Position numbers and translations under genes: made by a program
Notes under the pieces: model-generated
What the model saw: the letters and a program-made list of their open reading frames with translations, nothing else
Told to the model about the DNA's origin: nothing
Database searches by the model: none
Shown here: positions 24,675-33,517 of the stretch, one piece after another
How positions within the stretch are numbered: position 1 is the first letter of the stretch
How the letters are laid out: each line of letters begins with the position of its first letter
From: Euryarchaeota archaeon RBG_16_67_27
Lineage (GTDB): Archaea; Thermoplasmatota; Thermoplasmata; RBG-16-68-12
Direction of reading: 5' to 3'
Assembly (NCBI GenBank): GCA_001800745.1
Contig: MGVZ01000051.1
Location: 1-48,960 of the forward strand
Length of the DNA stretch: 48,960 bases

Positions 24675-25978
24675 TGCGGACCCTCGATGCCTCCGCCCTG
24701 CCCGCGGGATCCGTCGTCACGAAGATCGCGCGCGACCGTGAGTCCATGGAGCGAGCGTTCGCCACTGCGCGGGAAATCGTCGATGCCGTGCGGCGTGACG
24801 GCGATGCGGCCCTCCTCGCCCTCACGGAACGGTTCGATCGGGTGAAGCCCCGTCGGCTCGTGCTCTCGCGTGACGAGCTCCGGTCCGCCCTCGATCGAAT
24901 TCCCGCGGAGCTCCGGGAGGCCCTCGCGTTCGCGTCGCGACAGATTGTCGCGTTCCACCGGCCCCAGGTGCCGGTCGGATATGAAGTGGCGATCGGCCCC
25001 GGCGGCTCCGTCGCGGGCCAGCAGCCTCGCGCCCTCGACCGGGTCGGCGTGTACGTGCCGGCGGGGCCACGGGGCTACCCGTCGACCGTCCTCATGGGCG
25101 GGATCCCCGCGCGCTTGGCCGGAGTCCGCGAGGTCCTCGTCGCGACCCCGCCGTCACGGGCGACCGGCCTCCCGCCCGACGTCGTGCTCGCCGCGGCCGC
25201 CCTCGCGGACATCGACCGCGTGGTCGTCGCCGGTGGCGCGCAGGCGGTCGCCGCGATGGCGTACGGCACGGAGAGCGTGCCCCGCGTCGACAAGATCGTC
25301 GGACCCGGGAACGTGTACGTGAGCGCAGCGAAGCTCCTCGTGCAGGATCGGGTCGCGACGGACGGGATCGCGGGCCCGAGCGAGGTCGCCGTGATCGCGG
25401 ACGGCTCCCTGCCGCCGGACCTCCTCGCCGCGGAGCTCCTCGCCCAGGCGGAGCACGATCCGGATGCGGTGGCGGTCGCGCTCGTCGCCGGCAACGGGGT
25501 CGACCAAATCCTCGAGGCGGTCGCTCGACGCTCGGAGTCCGTTCCCCGGGGTCCGGAGGCCCTCGCGGCCCTTCGAAGGAACGGCTGGCTCGTCCGCGTG
25601 CGGTCCGTGGCCCAGGCCGTCGAAATCGCGGACGGCCTCGCCCCGGAGCATCTCGTCCTCGCCGTCCGCGACGCCCGGCCGCTCCTCTACGCGGTCCGGA
25701 ACGCGGGATGCGTGTTCCTCGGGCGCTGGACGACGGCCGCACTCGGGGATTACACGGCGGGCACGAACCACGTCCTCCCGACCGCCGGCTCCGCGCGGTG
25801 GCGCGGGGGACTGGGCGTCCGCGACTTCGTCCGGTTCGTCACGTACGTCGAGGTCGCCCCTTCGGACCTGGCGGCCCTCTCCGGGCCCGCGGCGCGGATT
25901 GCGCGTGCCGAAGGATTCGAGTCTCACGTGGCGTCCCTCGAGGCGCGGATCGCTCTCCCAGAGGAGGTCCCGCGATGA
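24674..25978 (+). CDS. hisD: Histidinol dehydrogenase
   Basis: 434 aa. Contains VGVYVPAG..YPSTVLM, GGAQAVAAMAYGTESVPRVDKIVGPGNVYV, AGPSEVAVIAD and QAEHDPDA. The ATG overlaps the hisG stop by 1 nt. Confidence 0.9.
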   Translation: MRTLDASALPAGSVVTKIARDRESMERAFATAREIVDAVRRDGDAALLALTERFDRVKPRRLVLSRDELRSALDRIPAELREALAFASRQIVAFHRPQVPVGYEVAIGPGGSVAGQQPRALDRVGVYVPAGPRGYPSTVLMGGIPARLAGVREVLVATPPSRATGLPPDVVLAAAALADIDRVVVAGGAQAVAAMAYGTESVPRVDKIVGPGNVYVSAAKLLVQDRVATDGIAGPSEVAVIADGSLPPDLLAAELLAQAEHDPDAVAVALVAGNGVDQILEAVARRSESVPRGPEALAALRRNGWLVRVRSVAQAVEIADGLAPEHLVLAVRDARPLLYAVRNAGCVFLGRWTTAALGDYTAGTNHVLPTAGSARWRGGLGVRDFVRFVTYVEVAPSDLAALSGPAARIARAEGFESHVASLEARIALPEEVPR

Positions 25979-26976
25979 TCCCGACTGCGAGGCCACCGAT
26001 CCGTCTCGATCGGAACACGACGCCGTTCCTGAACGAGTCCGCGATCCTGCGCGCCCTGCGCGCGATGACGCCGTGGGATCTCGCCATGTACCCGGAGCCG
26101 GGCGCGCCCGCGCTCACCCGCGCGATCGCCGACCGCGTGAGGTTCCCGGTGGACCGCATCCTCCTCGGGAACGGGTCCGACGAGATCCTCGACTTGGCGA
26201 TGCGCGCGCTCGTGCCGCGAGGGGGCTCGATCGGAGTGATCGAACCGAGCTTCGGCATGTACGACCACTTCGCGAGGGCGTGCGGGGTCGACGTCCGCCG
26301 GGTGCCCGCACGGGACACGCTGCCCGTTGACGCGCTCGCGGCTCTCCGCGCGGACGCGTACTTCGTCCCGTCTCCGAACAACCCGACGGGGGCCGCCTTC
26401 CCTCGGGCTGCGTTCGAGGGCCTGCTCGACCGCGTCGACGCGCCCGTGGTCATCGACGAGGCGTACGCGGAGTTCGCCCGACAGGACCTCCGCTCCCTTG
26501 CCGCCGGGAACGAGCGCGCGATTGTCACCCGGACCTTCTCCAAGGCATACGGCGTGCCGGGGATCCGCGTCGGCTACGCGCTGGGACCGCCGGACCTCCT
26601 GGATCCGATGCGGCGGATCCGGATGCCGTACAACCTGAGCGCCTGGAGCGAGCGCGCCGCCCTGGCGGCGCTCGAGGACGGCGCGTTCGTCGATCGCGCG
26701 GTCGCCTTCGTGACTACGGAGAGGGCGCGGCTCACGGACGCCATCGGCGAGCGTGGCTGGCCCGTCTGGCCCTCGCGCGCGAACTTCGTGTTCGTCGGTC
26801 CCCTTCGACGGGGCGCGGAGGTCCACGACGCGCTGCGCGACCGCGGAGTCCTCGTGAAGCTCGTCGACTGGCCCGGGGGCGCGGAGGGGCGGTCTCTCCG
26901 GATCACGATCGGGACGAGGGACCAGGACGACGCGCTCTTGCGTGCCCTGGAGGAGGTCTCCGCATGGCGCGCGTGA
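25975..26976 (+). CDS. hisC: Histidinol-phosphate aminotransferase
   Basis: Track ORF 25708..26976, with the start at ATG 25975 (ATGA overlap with the hisD stop). Contains NPTGAAF, the PLP lysine motif TFSKAYGVPGIRVGYA, and LRITIGT. Confidence 0.9.
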   Translation: MIPTARPPIRLDRNTTPFLNESAILRALRAMTPWDLAMYPEPGAPALTRAIADRVRFPVDRILLGNGSDEILDLAMRALVPRGGSIGVIEPSFGMYDHFARACGVDVRRVPARDTLPVDALAALRADAYFVPSPNNPTGAAFPRAAFEGLLDRVDAPVVIDEAYAEFARQDLRSLAAGNERAIVTRTFSKAYGVPGIRVGYALGPPDLLDPMRRIRMPYNLSAWSERAALAALEDGAFVDRAVAFVTTERARLTDAIGERGWPVWPSRANFVFVGPLRRGAEVHDALRDRGVLVKLVDWPGGAEGRSLRITIGTRDQDDALLRALEEVSAWRA

Positions 26977-27572
26977 CCCTCGTCGACTCGGGGACCGGGA
27001 ACCTCTTCAGCTTGCAGGAGGGGTTCCGGCGCGCGGGGGCCGACGTGCGGGTGACGCGGGACCCGGCGGACGTCCGGACGTCGGCGTGTCTCGCCCTTCC
27101 GGGGGTCGCGTCCTTCTCCTCCGTCGTCAACGGGCTCGCGCCGCTCCGCGAGGCGCTCCTCCGGGCGGTCGACGCCGGCGTGCCCGTCCTCGGGATCTGT
27201 GCGGGGATGCAGGTCCTCTTCGAATCGAGCGAGGAAGGGCCGGGCGCGGGCCTGGGTCTCGTCCCGGGCCGCGTACGCGCGCTCTCCGCAGCCGTCGTGC
27301 CCCACATGGGGTGGAGCCCGCTCCGCACGAACGGCGACCCATGGCTGTCGTCGGTCGGCCAGGGAGCGATGGCGTACTTCGCCCACTCGTTCGCCGCGCC
27401 GCCGGATGTCGAGGGTGTCGTGGCGACGGCGGACCACGGCGGACCGTTCGCCGCGGCCGTTCGCCGCGGCCTCGTGTTCGGCGCCCAGTTCCATCCGGAG
27501 AAGAGCGGCCGCGTCGGCGCCGGGGTCCTGCGCGGGTTCCTCCGGGAGTCGGGGGTGGTCCCATCGACGTGA
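26964..27572 (+). CDS. hisH: Imidazole glycerol phosphate synthase, glutamine amidotransferase subunit
   Basis: 202 aa. Contains VTLVDSGTGNLFSL, the catalytic Cys in GICAGMQVL, and VPHMGW...FHPEKSG. Confidence 0.9.
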   Translation: MARVTLVDSGTGNLFSLQEGFRRAGADVRVTRDPADVRTSACLALPGVASFSSVVNGLAPLREALLRAVDAGVPVLGICAGMQVLFESSEEGPGAGLGLVPGRVRALSAAVVPHMGWSPLRTNGDPWLSSVGQGAMAYFAHSFAAPPDVEGVVATADHGGPFAAAVRRGLVFGAQFHPEKSGRVGAGVLRGFLRESGVVPST

Positions 27573-28270
27573 TCCCTGCAATCGACCTCCTCGCCGGGCG
27601 CGCGGTCTTCCTCACGGGCGGCGAGCGCGGCACGGAGGAGGTCGTCGCCGACGACCCCGTGGTCCTCGCGCGGGAGTGGCAGCGGAGGGGCGCGCGTCGC
27701 CTCCACGTCGTCGACCTCGACGCGGCGATCGGGAGCGGGGAAAACCGCGACGTCGTCCGGCGGATCCTCCGCGCGGTCACAGTCCCCGTCCAAGCGGGCG
27801 GCGGCCTGCGGGACGAGCCGGCGATCCGCGACGTGCTCGCCGCGGGGGCGTCGTGGGCGATCGTCGGGACCCGGGCCGTCCGCGAGCCCGAATGGCTCCG
27901 GGCGATGGCCGTCCGCTTCCCTTCGAGGCTCATCCTCGCCCTCGACCGCGACGAGAGGGGCGTCCTCGTCGAAGGCTGGAATCGCGGGACGTCCGCGGAC
28001 CCGGCCGGGCTCGTCGAGCTCGCGAACCGGGTGCCGCTCGCGGGCGTCCTGTTCACAAACGTCGCCGTTGAGGGCCGGCTCGGCGGGGTCGGCGATGTCC
28101 GCGACAATCTCGTGGAGCGGTGCTCGAGGACGCGGATCGCTGCGGGAGGGGCCACGACCCTCGCGGACCTCCAGTCGTTGCGCGCCGCGGGCTTCGACCA
28201 CGTTGTCGTGGGGAAGGCGCTCCTCGCGGGCTCGATCCCCTTCGAACGGGCCCAGGAGGCGATGGCATGA
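27569..28270 (+). CDS. hisA: ProFAR isomerase (1-(5-phosphoribosyl)-5-[(5-phosphoribosylamino)methylideneamino]imidazole-4-carboxamide isomerase)
   Basis: The real part of track ORF 26942..28270. GTG 27569 forms a GTGA overlap with the hisH stop. Contains VIPAIDLLAGRAV, LHVVDLDAA, VQAGGGLR and VVVGKALL. Confidence 0.85.
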   Translation: MIPAIDLLAGRAVFLTGGERGTEEVVADDPVVLAREWQRRGARRLHVVDLDAAIGSGENRDVVRRILRAVTVPVQAGGGLRDEPAIRDVLAAGASWAIVGTRAVREPEWLRAMAVRFPSRLILALDRDERGVLVEGWNRGTSADPAGLVELANRVPLAGVLFTNVAVEGRLGGVGDVRDNLVERCSRTRIAAGGATTLADLQSLRAAGFDHVVVGKALLAGSIPFERAQEAMA

Positions 28271-28824
28271 CGGGTCGCGCGACCGTGCGGCGCGCGTCGC
28301 GGGAGACGAAGGTCTCGGTCACCCTCGCGCTGCGCGGGAAAGGGCGGTTCGACGGCCGCATCCCCGACCCCCTCGTGGGGCATCTCCTCGAGACGTTCGC
28401 CCGGTACGCGGGAATCGATCTCGACGTCGCCGCGGAGGGGGACGAGCGCCACCACGTCAGCGAGGACGTCGCCCTGACCGTCGGCCGCGCGCTCCGGAAG
28501 GCGCTCCCCGCGGCGGGCGTCACGCGCTTCGGCGAGGCCGTGGTGCCCATGGACGAGAGCCTCGTCCTCGTGGCCCTCGACCTCGTCGACCGGCCGTACT
28601 ACCGGTCGGATCTCCCGCAGACCTCGATGGGCGAGCATGTCCTGCGCTCCCTCGTCACGGAGGCCCGCCTCACGTTCCACGAGCTCACGCTCCGACCCGG
28701 CGAGGAGCACCACGTCCTCGAGGCGACGTTCAAGGCGTTCGGCCTCGCCCTCGCCCGGGCCCTCGAGCCCTCCTCGCGGAGCCTGTCCCTCAAGGCCCGG
28801 GTCGAATGGGAGGAGTCCCTGTGA
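28267..28824 (+). CDS. hisB: Imidazoleglycerol-phosphate dehydratase (monofunctional, no phosphatase domain)
   Basis: Track ORF 28120..28824, with the start at ATG 28267 (ATGA overlap). Contains RETKVSVTL, DPLVGHLLETFARYAG, GDERHHVSEDVALTVGRAL and EEHHVLEATFKAFG. Confidence 0.9.
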   Translation: MTGRATVRRASRETKVSVTLALRGKGRFDGRIPDPLVGHLLETFARYAGIDLDVAAEGDERHHVSEDVALTVGRALRKALPAAGVTRFGEAVVPMDESLVLVALDLVDRPYYRSDLPQTSMGEHVLRSLVTEARLTFHELTLRPGEEHHVLEATFKAFGLALARALEPSSRSLSLKARVEWEESL

Positions 28825-29585
28825 GCCCTGCACCGAGGATCATCGCCTGCCTGGACGTCGACGCGGGTCGGGTCGTGAAGGGCGTGCGCTTCCGGGACCT
28901 CCGGGTCGTCGGGGAGCCCGTCGCCGCCGCGGGCGCGTACGAGGACCAGGGGGCGGACGAGATCGTCTTCCTCGACGTGTCCGCGTCGGCCGAGGGCCGT
29001 GAGACCCTCCTGGAGGTCGTCCGGGAGACCGCGTCCACGCTCACGATCCCCCTCACGGTCGGCGGCGGCATCCGGACGGTGGGGGACGTCCGACGCCTCC
29101 TCCGCTCCGGCGCGGACAAGGCGGGCATCAACACAGCCGCCGTCGCTCGGCCCGCGCTGATCCAGGAGGCCGCCGCGGAGTTCGGCACGCAGTGCGTTGT
29201 CCTCGCAATTGATGCGAAGCGCGAGACGGGCGGCTGGCGCGTGTACACCCACGGGGGCCGGACGCCCGCGGACCTCGACGCGGTCGCCTGGGCCGTGACG
29301 GGCCAGGACCTCGGCGCGGGGGAGCTGCTCGTCACGAGCATGGACCGGGACGGCACGCGGCAGGGCTACGAACTCGAGCTGTACCGGCGACTCCGTGCCG
29401 CGACGCGACGGCCGATCATCGCGTCGGGAGGCGCGGGATCCGCCGAGCACGTCGCTGAGGTCCTCCGGGACGGGACCGCGGACGCGGCGCTCGTCGCGTC
29501 CGTGCTCCATGACGGCGACCTGACGGTACGGGAGATCAAGGCGCACGTCGCGATGCGGGGCGTCCGGGTGCGAAGGGAGGCATGA
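28821..29585 (+). CDS. hisF: Imidazole glycerol phosphate synthase, cyclase subunit
   Basis: The real part of track ORF 28068..29585. GTG 28821 forms a GTGA overlap. Contains RIIACLDVDAGRVVKGVRF, ADEIVFLDVSAS, PLTVGGGIR, GAGELLVTSMDRDGT and IIASGGAG. Confidence 0.9.
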   Translation: MSPAPRIIACLDVDAGRVVKGVRFRDLRVVGEPVAAAGAYEDQGADEIVFLDVSASAEGRETLLEVVRETASTLTIPLTVGGGIRTVGDVRRLLRSGADKAGINTAAVARPALIQEAAAEFGTQCVVLAIDAKRETGGWRVYTHGGRTPADLDAVAWAVTGQDLGAGELLVTSMDRDGTRQGYELELYRRLRAATRRPIIASGGAGSAEHVAEVLRDGTADAALVASVLHDGDLTVREIKAHVAMRGVRVRREA

Positions 29586-29715
29586 CCTGACGGACCCGAC
29601 GACGCCGAAGGAGGGCCTGTTCCCGATCATCGCGCAAGACGCAGACACGGGGGAGGTCCTGCTGCTCGCGTGGGGGAACGAGGGGAGCCTGCACGCGACG
29701 GAGCAGACGGGCTGG

Positions 29716-30174
29716 ATGCACTACTGGTCCCGCTCCCGCGGGAAGCTCTGGCGAAAGGGCGAGGAGTCCGGCAACGGCCAGAGGGTCGTCTCCCTCACAT
29801 GGGATTGCGACCGGGACGCGCTCCTCGCGAAAGTCCGGCCGCAAGGGCCCGCGTGCCACACGGGCGCCTACACATGCTTCGGGGAGCCCCCGCACGCCGC
29901 GTCGCTGCCCGAGGAGCTGTGGGCGGTGTTCCGGCAACGCCAGGTCGACGCGCCGCCGGGCTCCTACGTCGCGAAGCTCCTCGCGGACCCGGGCCTCCTG
30001 AGGAAGAAGCTCGGCGAGGAGGCGATCGAGCTCATCCTTGCCTCCCAGGAGGAGGGGCACTCCCGCGTCGTCCACGAGGCCGCGGACCTCCTGTTCCATG
30101 TCCTCCTCCTTTTGTATCAGGAGGGTGTGCCGTTCCAAGACGTCGCCGACGAGCTGAAGCGGAGGCGGAAATGA
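29716..30174 (+). CDS. hisI: Bifunctional phosphoribosyl-AMP cyclohydrolase / phosphoribosyl-ATP pyrophosphatase; the conserved N-terminus extends upstream without a canonical start
   Basis: The track ORF starts at MHYWSRSRGKLWRKGEESGN (HisI core), then CDRDALLAKVRPQGPACHTG, and the HisE half is YVAKLL...LGEEAIE...EAADLLFHVLLLL. The same frame stays open back to 29524 and encodes LFPIIAQDADTGEVLLLAWGNEGSLHATEQTGW, the normal HisI N-terminus. See the finding on 29524-29716. Confidence 0.8.
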   Translation: MHYWSRSRGKLWRKGEESGNGQRVVSLTWDCDRDALLAKVRPQGPACHTGAYTCFGEPPHAASLPEELWAVFRQRQVDAPPGSYVAKLLADPGLLRKKLGEEAIELILASQEEGHSRVVHEAADLLFHVLLLLYQEGVPFQDVADELKRRRK

Positions 30175-30839
30175 CCTCGAAGCGGGCGGAGTTCCACAGC
30201 CACACGGTCCTCACGGACGGGGAGCTCCTCGGCATCGAGCTCATCCGCCGCGCCGTCGCCCTCGGGCACCGCGCGATCGCGGTCACGGACCACGTGAGCC
30301 TGGGGAACATCGAGTGGATCGTCCGGCAGGAGATCGCGGACTGCGACCTCGCGAAGTCGTGGGGGATCCTCGCGATCCCTGGCGTGGAGATCACACACGT
30401 GCCGCCGGACCGGCTCGACGAGGCGGTCCGGGCCGCACGCCGCGCAGGCGCGCAGATGGTCGTGGTCCATGGCGAAACGGTGTCCGAGCCCGTCGCCGCA
30501 GGCACGAACCGCAAAGCGGTATCGAACCCCGACGTCGACATCCTCGCCCACCCCGGGCTCGTCACGGCGGAGGAAGCGGACCTCGCGAAGGCGAACGACG
30601 TCTTCCTCGAGATCTCGAGTCGTCGCGCACACGCACCGGCGAACGGGCATGTGGCCCGCGCGACGGAGGCGGCGAAGGCGACGCCGATCGTCGACTCCGA
30701 CGCCCACGCGCCCGGCGACCTGATCACGCAGGACGAGGCGGTCCTCATCGCACGCGCGGCCGGCCTGCCGTCCCGCCTCGTCGTCGAGGCGACCGAGCGG
30801 GCGCCGGACGCCCTCCTCAAGCGCCTCGGTCTCCTGTGA
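30171..30839 (+). CDS. PHP-family metal-dependent phosphoesterase, probable histidinol-phosphatase of the operon
   Basis: The real part of track ORF 29670..30839. ATG 30171 forms an ATGA overlap with the hisIE stop. Contains EFHSHTVLTDGE, IAVTDHV, VVHGET and DSDAHAP (PHP His/Asp motifs). The function is inferred from operon context and the monofunctional hisB. Confidence 0.7.
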   Translation: MTSKRAEFHSHTVLTDGELLGIELIRRAVALGHRAIAVTDHVSLGNIEWIVRQEIADCDLAKSWGILAIPGVEITHVPPDRLDEAVRAARRAGAQMVVVHGETVSEPVAAGTNRKAVSNPDVDILAHPGLVTAEEADLAKANDVFLEISSRRAHAPANGHVARATEAAKATPIVDSDAHAPGDLITQDEAVLIARAAGLPSRLVVEATERAPDALLKRLGLL

Positions 30840-30929
30840 TCCACGCTCGGGTCGTTATCGTCGATGGAATTTCGCAGCGTGGGCTTTTTATCCTTCCGCG
30901 CCAGAGCCCCGCCGCCGGAGGGACGCACC

Positions 30930-32300
30930 GTGCACCCTCGATCGACTACGATCCTCGTCAGTGTGCTAGTCGGAGCTCTGCTCCTCGCGGCGCTCGCCGC
31001 CACCCCGCCCGCGCGCGGGGGGACGTTCGTCAGCGGCCGCCTCGTCGAGGAGATGGGCTCCACGGAGATCCTGGGAGGCGGAGACTACCTCTTCGTCAAG
31101 TTCGGCGAGGATGCCGTGTTTGGCGTGCTGTGGGGCAACGTGACGAACCCGAACCACATCCACATCGTGGTCCTCAAGGCTCGGTACCTCGGCGTCGCCG
31201 AGGTCGTCGACGCGAACGGGCGCCGAATCGCGGAGAACGTCCCCGTGAAGTACTGGACGCTCCACGCGGTGAAGCTCCTCGACCTCGTTGAGGTCCGGGA
31301 CCTCGACGGGGACAACCTGGGGAACTACACGCGCGGCTTCGACGGCGCGAACTTCACCTCCTTCGCGGAGACGGACGAGGTCCCCAAGATGGTGAGCTTG
31401 GGCACGACCTGGACCCGGGGTCCGATTCAGACCGCCGGGGACGACACGGGTCGCTCGTGGTCGTTCAACCTGACCGCGGAGAACCTCCCCTACATCGGCG
31501 TGAACAACGCCGTCACGCCCCGCGGCGACAACGTGCTCAATCATGTCGGGTTCGCGTTCCATCTCACGGCCGCCCTCGAGCAGGTGGACAACGTGACCGT
31601 GCCCTCGTGGAAGATCACGATCGACACGGCGCAGCTCCGGCCGGCGGTCCTCGGCGCCGAGCGCCTTGGGAACGTCACGCGGAGCGGGACCGTCGCGCGG
31701 TACTCCCTGAAGTGGGACCAGAACATCACGGGCTGGGACTTCGAGGCCCCGGGGACGCGGCGACTCCTCCTCGAGTTCGCGGCGATCGTCGGCAACCTGA
31801 TCCCGCCCACGGCTGCGAACTGGCTCAACGACCGCTTCGTCCGCGACCGGAACGAGACCGGACGCGCGCGGTACGAGACCGCCGGGAGGAACGAGACCGT
31901 TGACAACCGGACGGGCAACGTATCCGCCCCGCGCCCGCTCCGCAGCCCCTACGTCGAGTTCGGCGGGGACTGGACCCGGATTGGCCGCTTCACGTGGGTG
32001 ACGGCAAGCACCGTCGACGGAACGCCGGCGCCGCTGTATGCGCAGATCCTCGCGGGCCGCGGGCTCGTCGCTCGCGGTCCGTACGGCGGGGCGTTCGTCG
32101 GCTTCGTCATCCTTGGGGCACTGAGCTTCGCGGAGGGGGACGAGATCCTCCACGACCCCACCGTGACCACGGATGCGATCGCAGAGCTCCTTCCCGTACC
32201 GACGGGCAACGAGGGCGTGTTCCTCGCCGTCGCGGTCGTCGTGGCGATCGTCCTCGTCGGCGTCGCCGCGATCGTTCTGTCCCGGAAGAAGAAGCGGTAG
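30930..32300 (+). CDS. Secreted, probably N-glycosylated cell-surface protein with a C-terminal TM anchor
   Basis: Track ORF 30864..32300. GTG 30930 is the preferred start because the TATA-like GCTTTTTATCC (30883-30893) lies inside the longer ORF. It has a signal peptide (TTILVSVLVGALLLAALAATPPARG) and about 11 N-x-S/T sequons. The C-terminus is FLAVAVVVAIVLVGVAAIVL followed by SRKKKR. Confidence 0.65.
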   Translation: MHPRSTTILVSVLVGALLLAALAATPPARGGTFVSGRLVEEMGSTEILGGGDYLFVKFGEDAVFGVLWGNVTNPNHIHIVVLKARYLGVAEVVDANGRRIAENVPVKYWTLHAVKLLDLVEVRDLDGDNLGNYTRGFDGANFTSFAETDEVPKMVSLGTTWTRGPIQTAGDDTGRSWSFNLTAENLPYIGVNNAVTPRGDNVLNHVGFAFHLTAALEQVDNVTVPSWKITIDTAQLRPAVLGAERLGNVTRSGTVARYSLKWDQNITGWDFEAPGTRRLLLEFAAIVGNLIPPTAANWLNDRFVRDRNETGRARYETAGRNETVDNRTGNVSAPRPLRSPYVEFGGDWTRIGRFTWVTASTVDGTPAPLYAQILAGRGLVARGPYGGAFVGFVILGALSFAEGDEILHDPTVTTDAIAELLPVPTGNEGVFLAVAVVVAIVLVGVAAIVLSRKKKR

Positions 32301-32313
32301 CCCGGCAGGCATC

Positions 32314-32331
32314 GAGGGGCCTCGGCCCCTC
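32314..32331. terminator. GC-rich hairpin GAGGGGCC-TC-GGCCCCTC between convergent genes
   Basis: A perfect 8-nt inverted repeat lies between the stop of the surface-protein gene (32300) and the stop of the acyl-CoA dehydrogenase gene (32337). Confidence 0.35.
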
Positions 32332-32336
32332 CCCTT

Positions 32337-33482
32337 TCACGGGCCCTTCAAGAGTTCCCGCGCGATGACGAGCCTCTGGATCTCGCTCGTGCCCTCGCCG
32401 ATCTCCGTGAGCTTCGCATCCCGAAGCATGCGCTCCACAGGATAGTCGCGGACATACCCGTACCCACCGTGGATCTGCACTGCCTTGTTCGTGACGAACG
32501 AGGACATCTCGCTCGCGTAGAGCTTCGCCATGGCCGCTTCCTGCTTGAACGGCTCCCCTCGGTCCTTGAGCCAGGCGGCGCGCTGGACGAGCATCCTCGA
32601 GGCATCGATCTGCATCGCCATGTCCGCGAGCATGAACTGGATCGCTTCGTGCTCCGCGATCGGTCTCCCGAACTGCACGCGTTCCTTTGCGTAGGCGACG
32701 GAAGCCTCGAAGGCGCCCTGCGCGATCCCGACGGCCATCGCCGCAATCGAGATTCGTCCGCCATCGAGCACGCGGAGCGCGTTCGCGAAACCTTCGTTCT
32801 CCCCGCCCAGAAGCGCGTCGGGAGGCAGCCAGCAGTCCGACAATAGAACCTGCGACGTCGCGCTCCCGCGGACGCCGAGCTTCTCTTCGACCTTCCCGAT
32901 CGCGAGCCCGGGGTTGCCGCGCTCGACGATGAACGCGCTGATCCCGCGATTCCCCGTCGCGCGGTCCGTCACCGCGATGATCACGAAGGTCCCGGCGACG
33001 GGCGCGTTCGTGCAGAAGTTCTTCGTCCCGTTGAGGACCCAGCCGTTCTCCGTCCGCCGGGCGGTCGTCTCCATCGCGGCGGCGTCGGAGCCGCTTTTCG
33101 GTTCCGTGAGGGCCCATGCCCCGATCCTGCGCCCGCTCGCGAGGTCCGGCAGGTACCGCGCCCTCTGCTCCTCCGTCCCTGCGAGGTAGATGCTCCCCGT
33201 GCACAGGGAGTTGTGGGCGGCCATGACGAGCGCATGGGAACCGCAGACGCGGGCGACCTCCTCGATGGCGATCGCGTACGAGAGCATGTCGAGTCCAGCG
33301 CCCTCGTACACCTGGGGGATCGTCATCCCCATCCAGCCGAGCGCGGCCATCCGCGCGATCGTGTCCTTCGGGAACTCCCCCGTCTCGTCGACGCGGGCCG
33401 CGACGGGGCGAATCTCCTTCTCCGCGAACTCCCGAACCGTCTCGCGGATCATCGTGTGCTCGGCGGAGAGCTCGAAGTCCAT
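32337..33482 (-). CDS. Acyl-CoA dehydrogenase (short/medium-chain type)
   Basis: This is the 3' portion of the run-on track ORF 32337..36242, starting at ATG 33482 ([26 protein letters not shown]...). Contains [59 protein letters not shown]. Confidence 0.9.
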   Translation of the reverse strand: MDFELSAEHTMIRETVREFAEKEIRPVAARVDETGEFPKDTIARMAALGWMGMTIPQVYEGAGLDMLSYAIAIEEVARVCGSHALVMAAHNSLCTGSIYLAGTEEQRARYLPDLASGRRIGAWALTEPKSGSDAAAMETTARRTENGWVLNGTKNFCTNAPVAGTFVIIAVTDRATGNRGISAFIVERGNPGLAIGKVEEKLGVRGSATSQVLLSDCWLPPDALLGGENEGFANALRVLDGGRISIAAMAVGIAQGAFEASVAYAKERVQFGRPIAEHEAIQFMLADMAMQIDASRMLVQRAAWLKDRGEPFKQEAAMAKLYASEMSSFVTNKAVQIHGGYGYVRDYPVERMLRDAKLTEIGEGTSEIQRLVIARELLKGP

Positions 33483-33517
33483 GGAGTCCCTCGGCTTCGC
33501 GAATGCGTTCGGCTCTC

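Noticed and set aside
25092-28833. Multiple 200-570-aa antisense or off-frame ORFs across the his operon (for example 27127..28833 -, 26903..28201 -, 25154..25996 -)
   Set aside because: Each his gene is identified by conserved motifs on the + strand. The alternatives are R/P/G-rich and motif-free.
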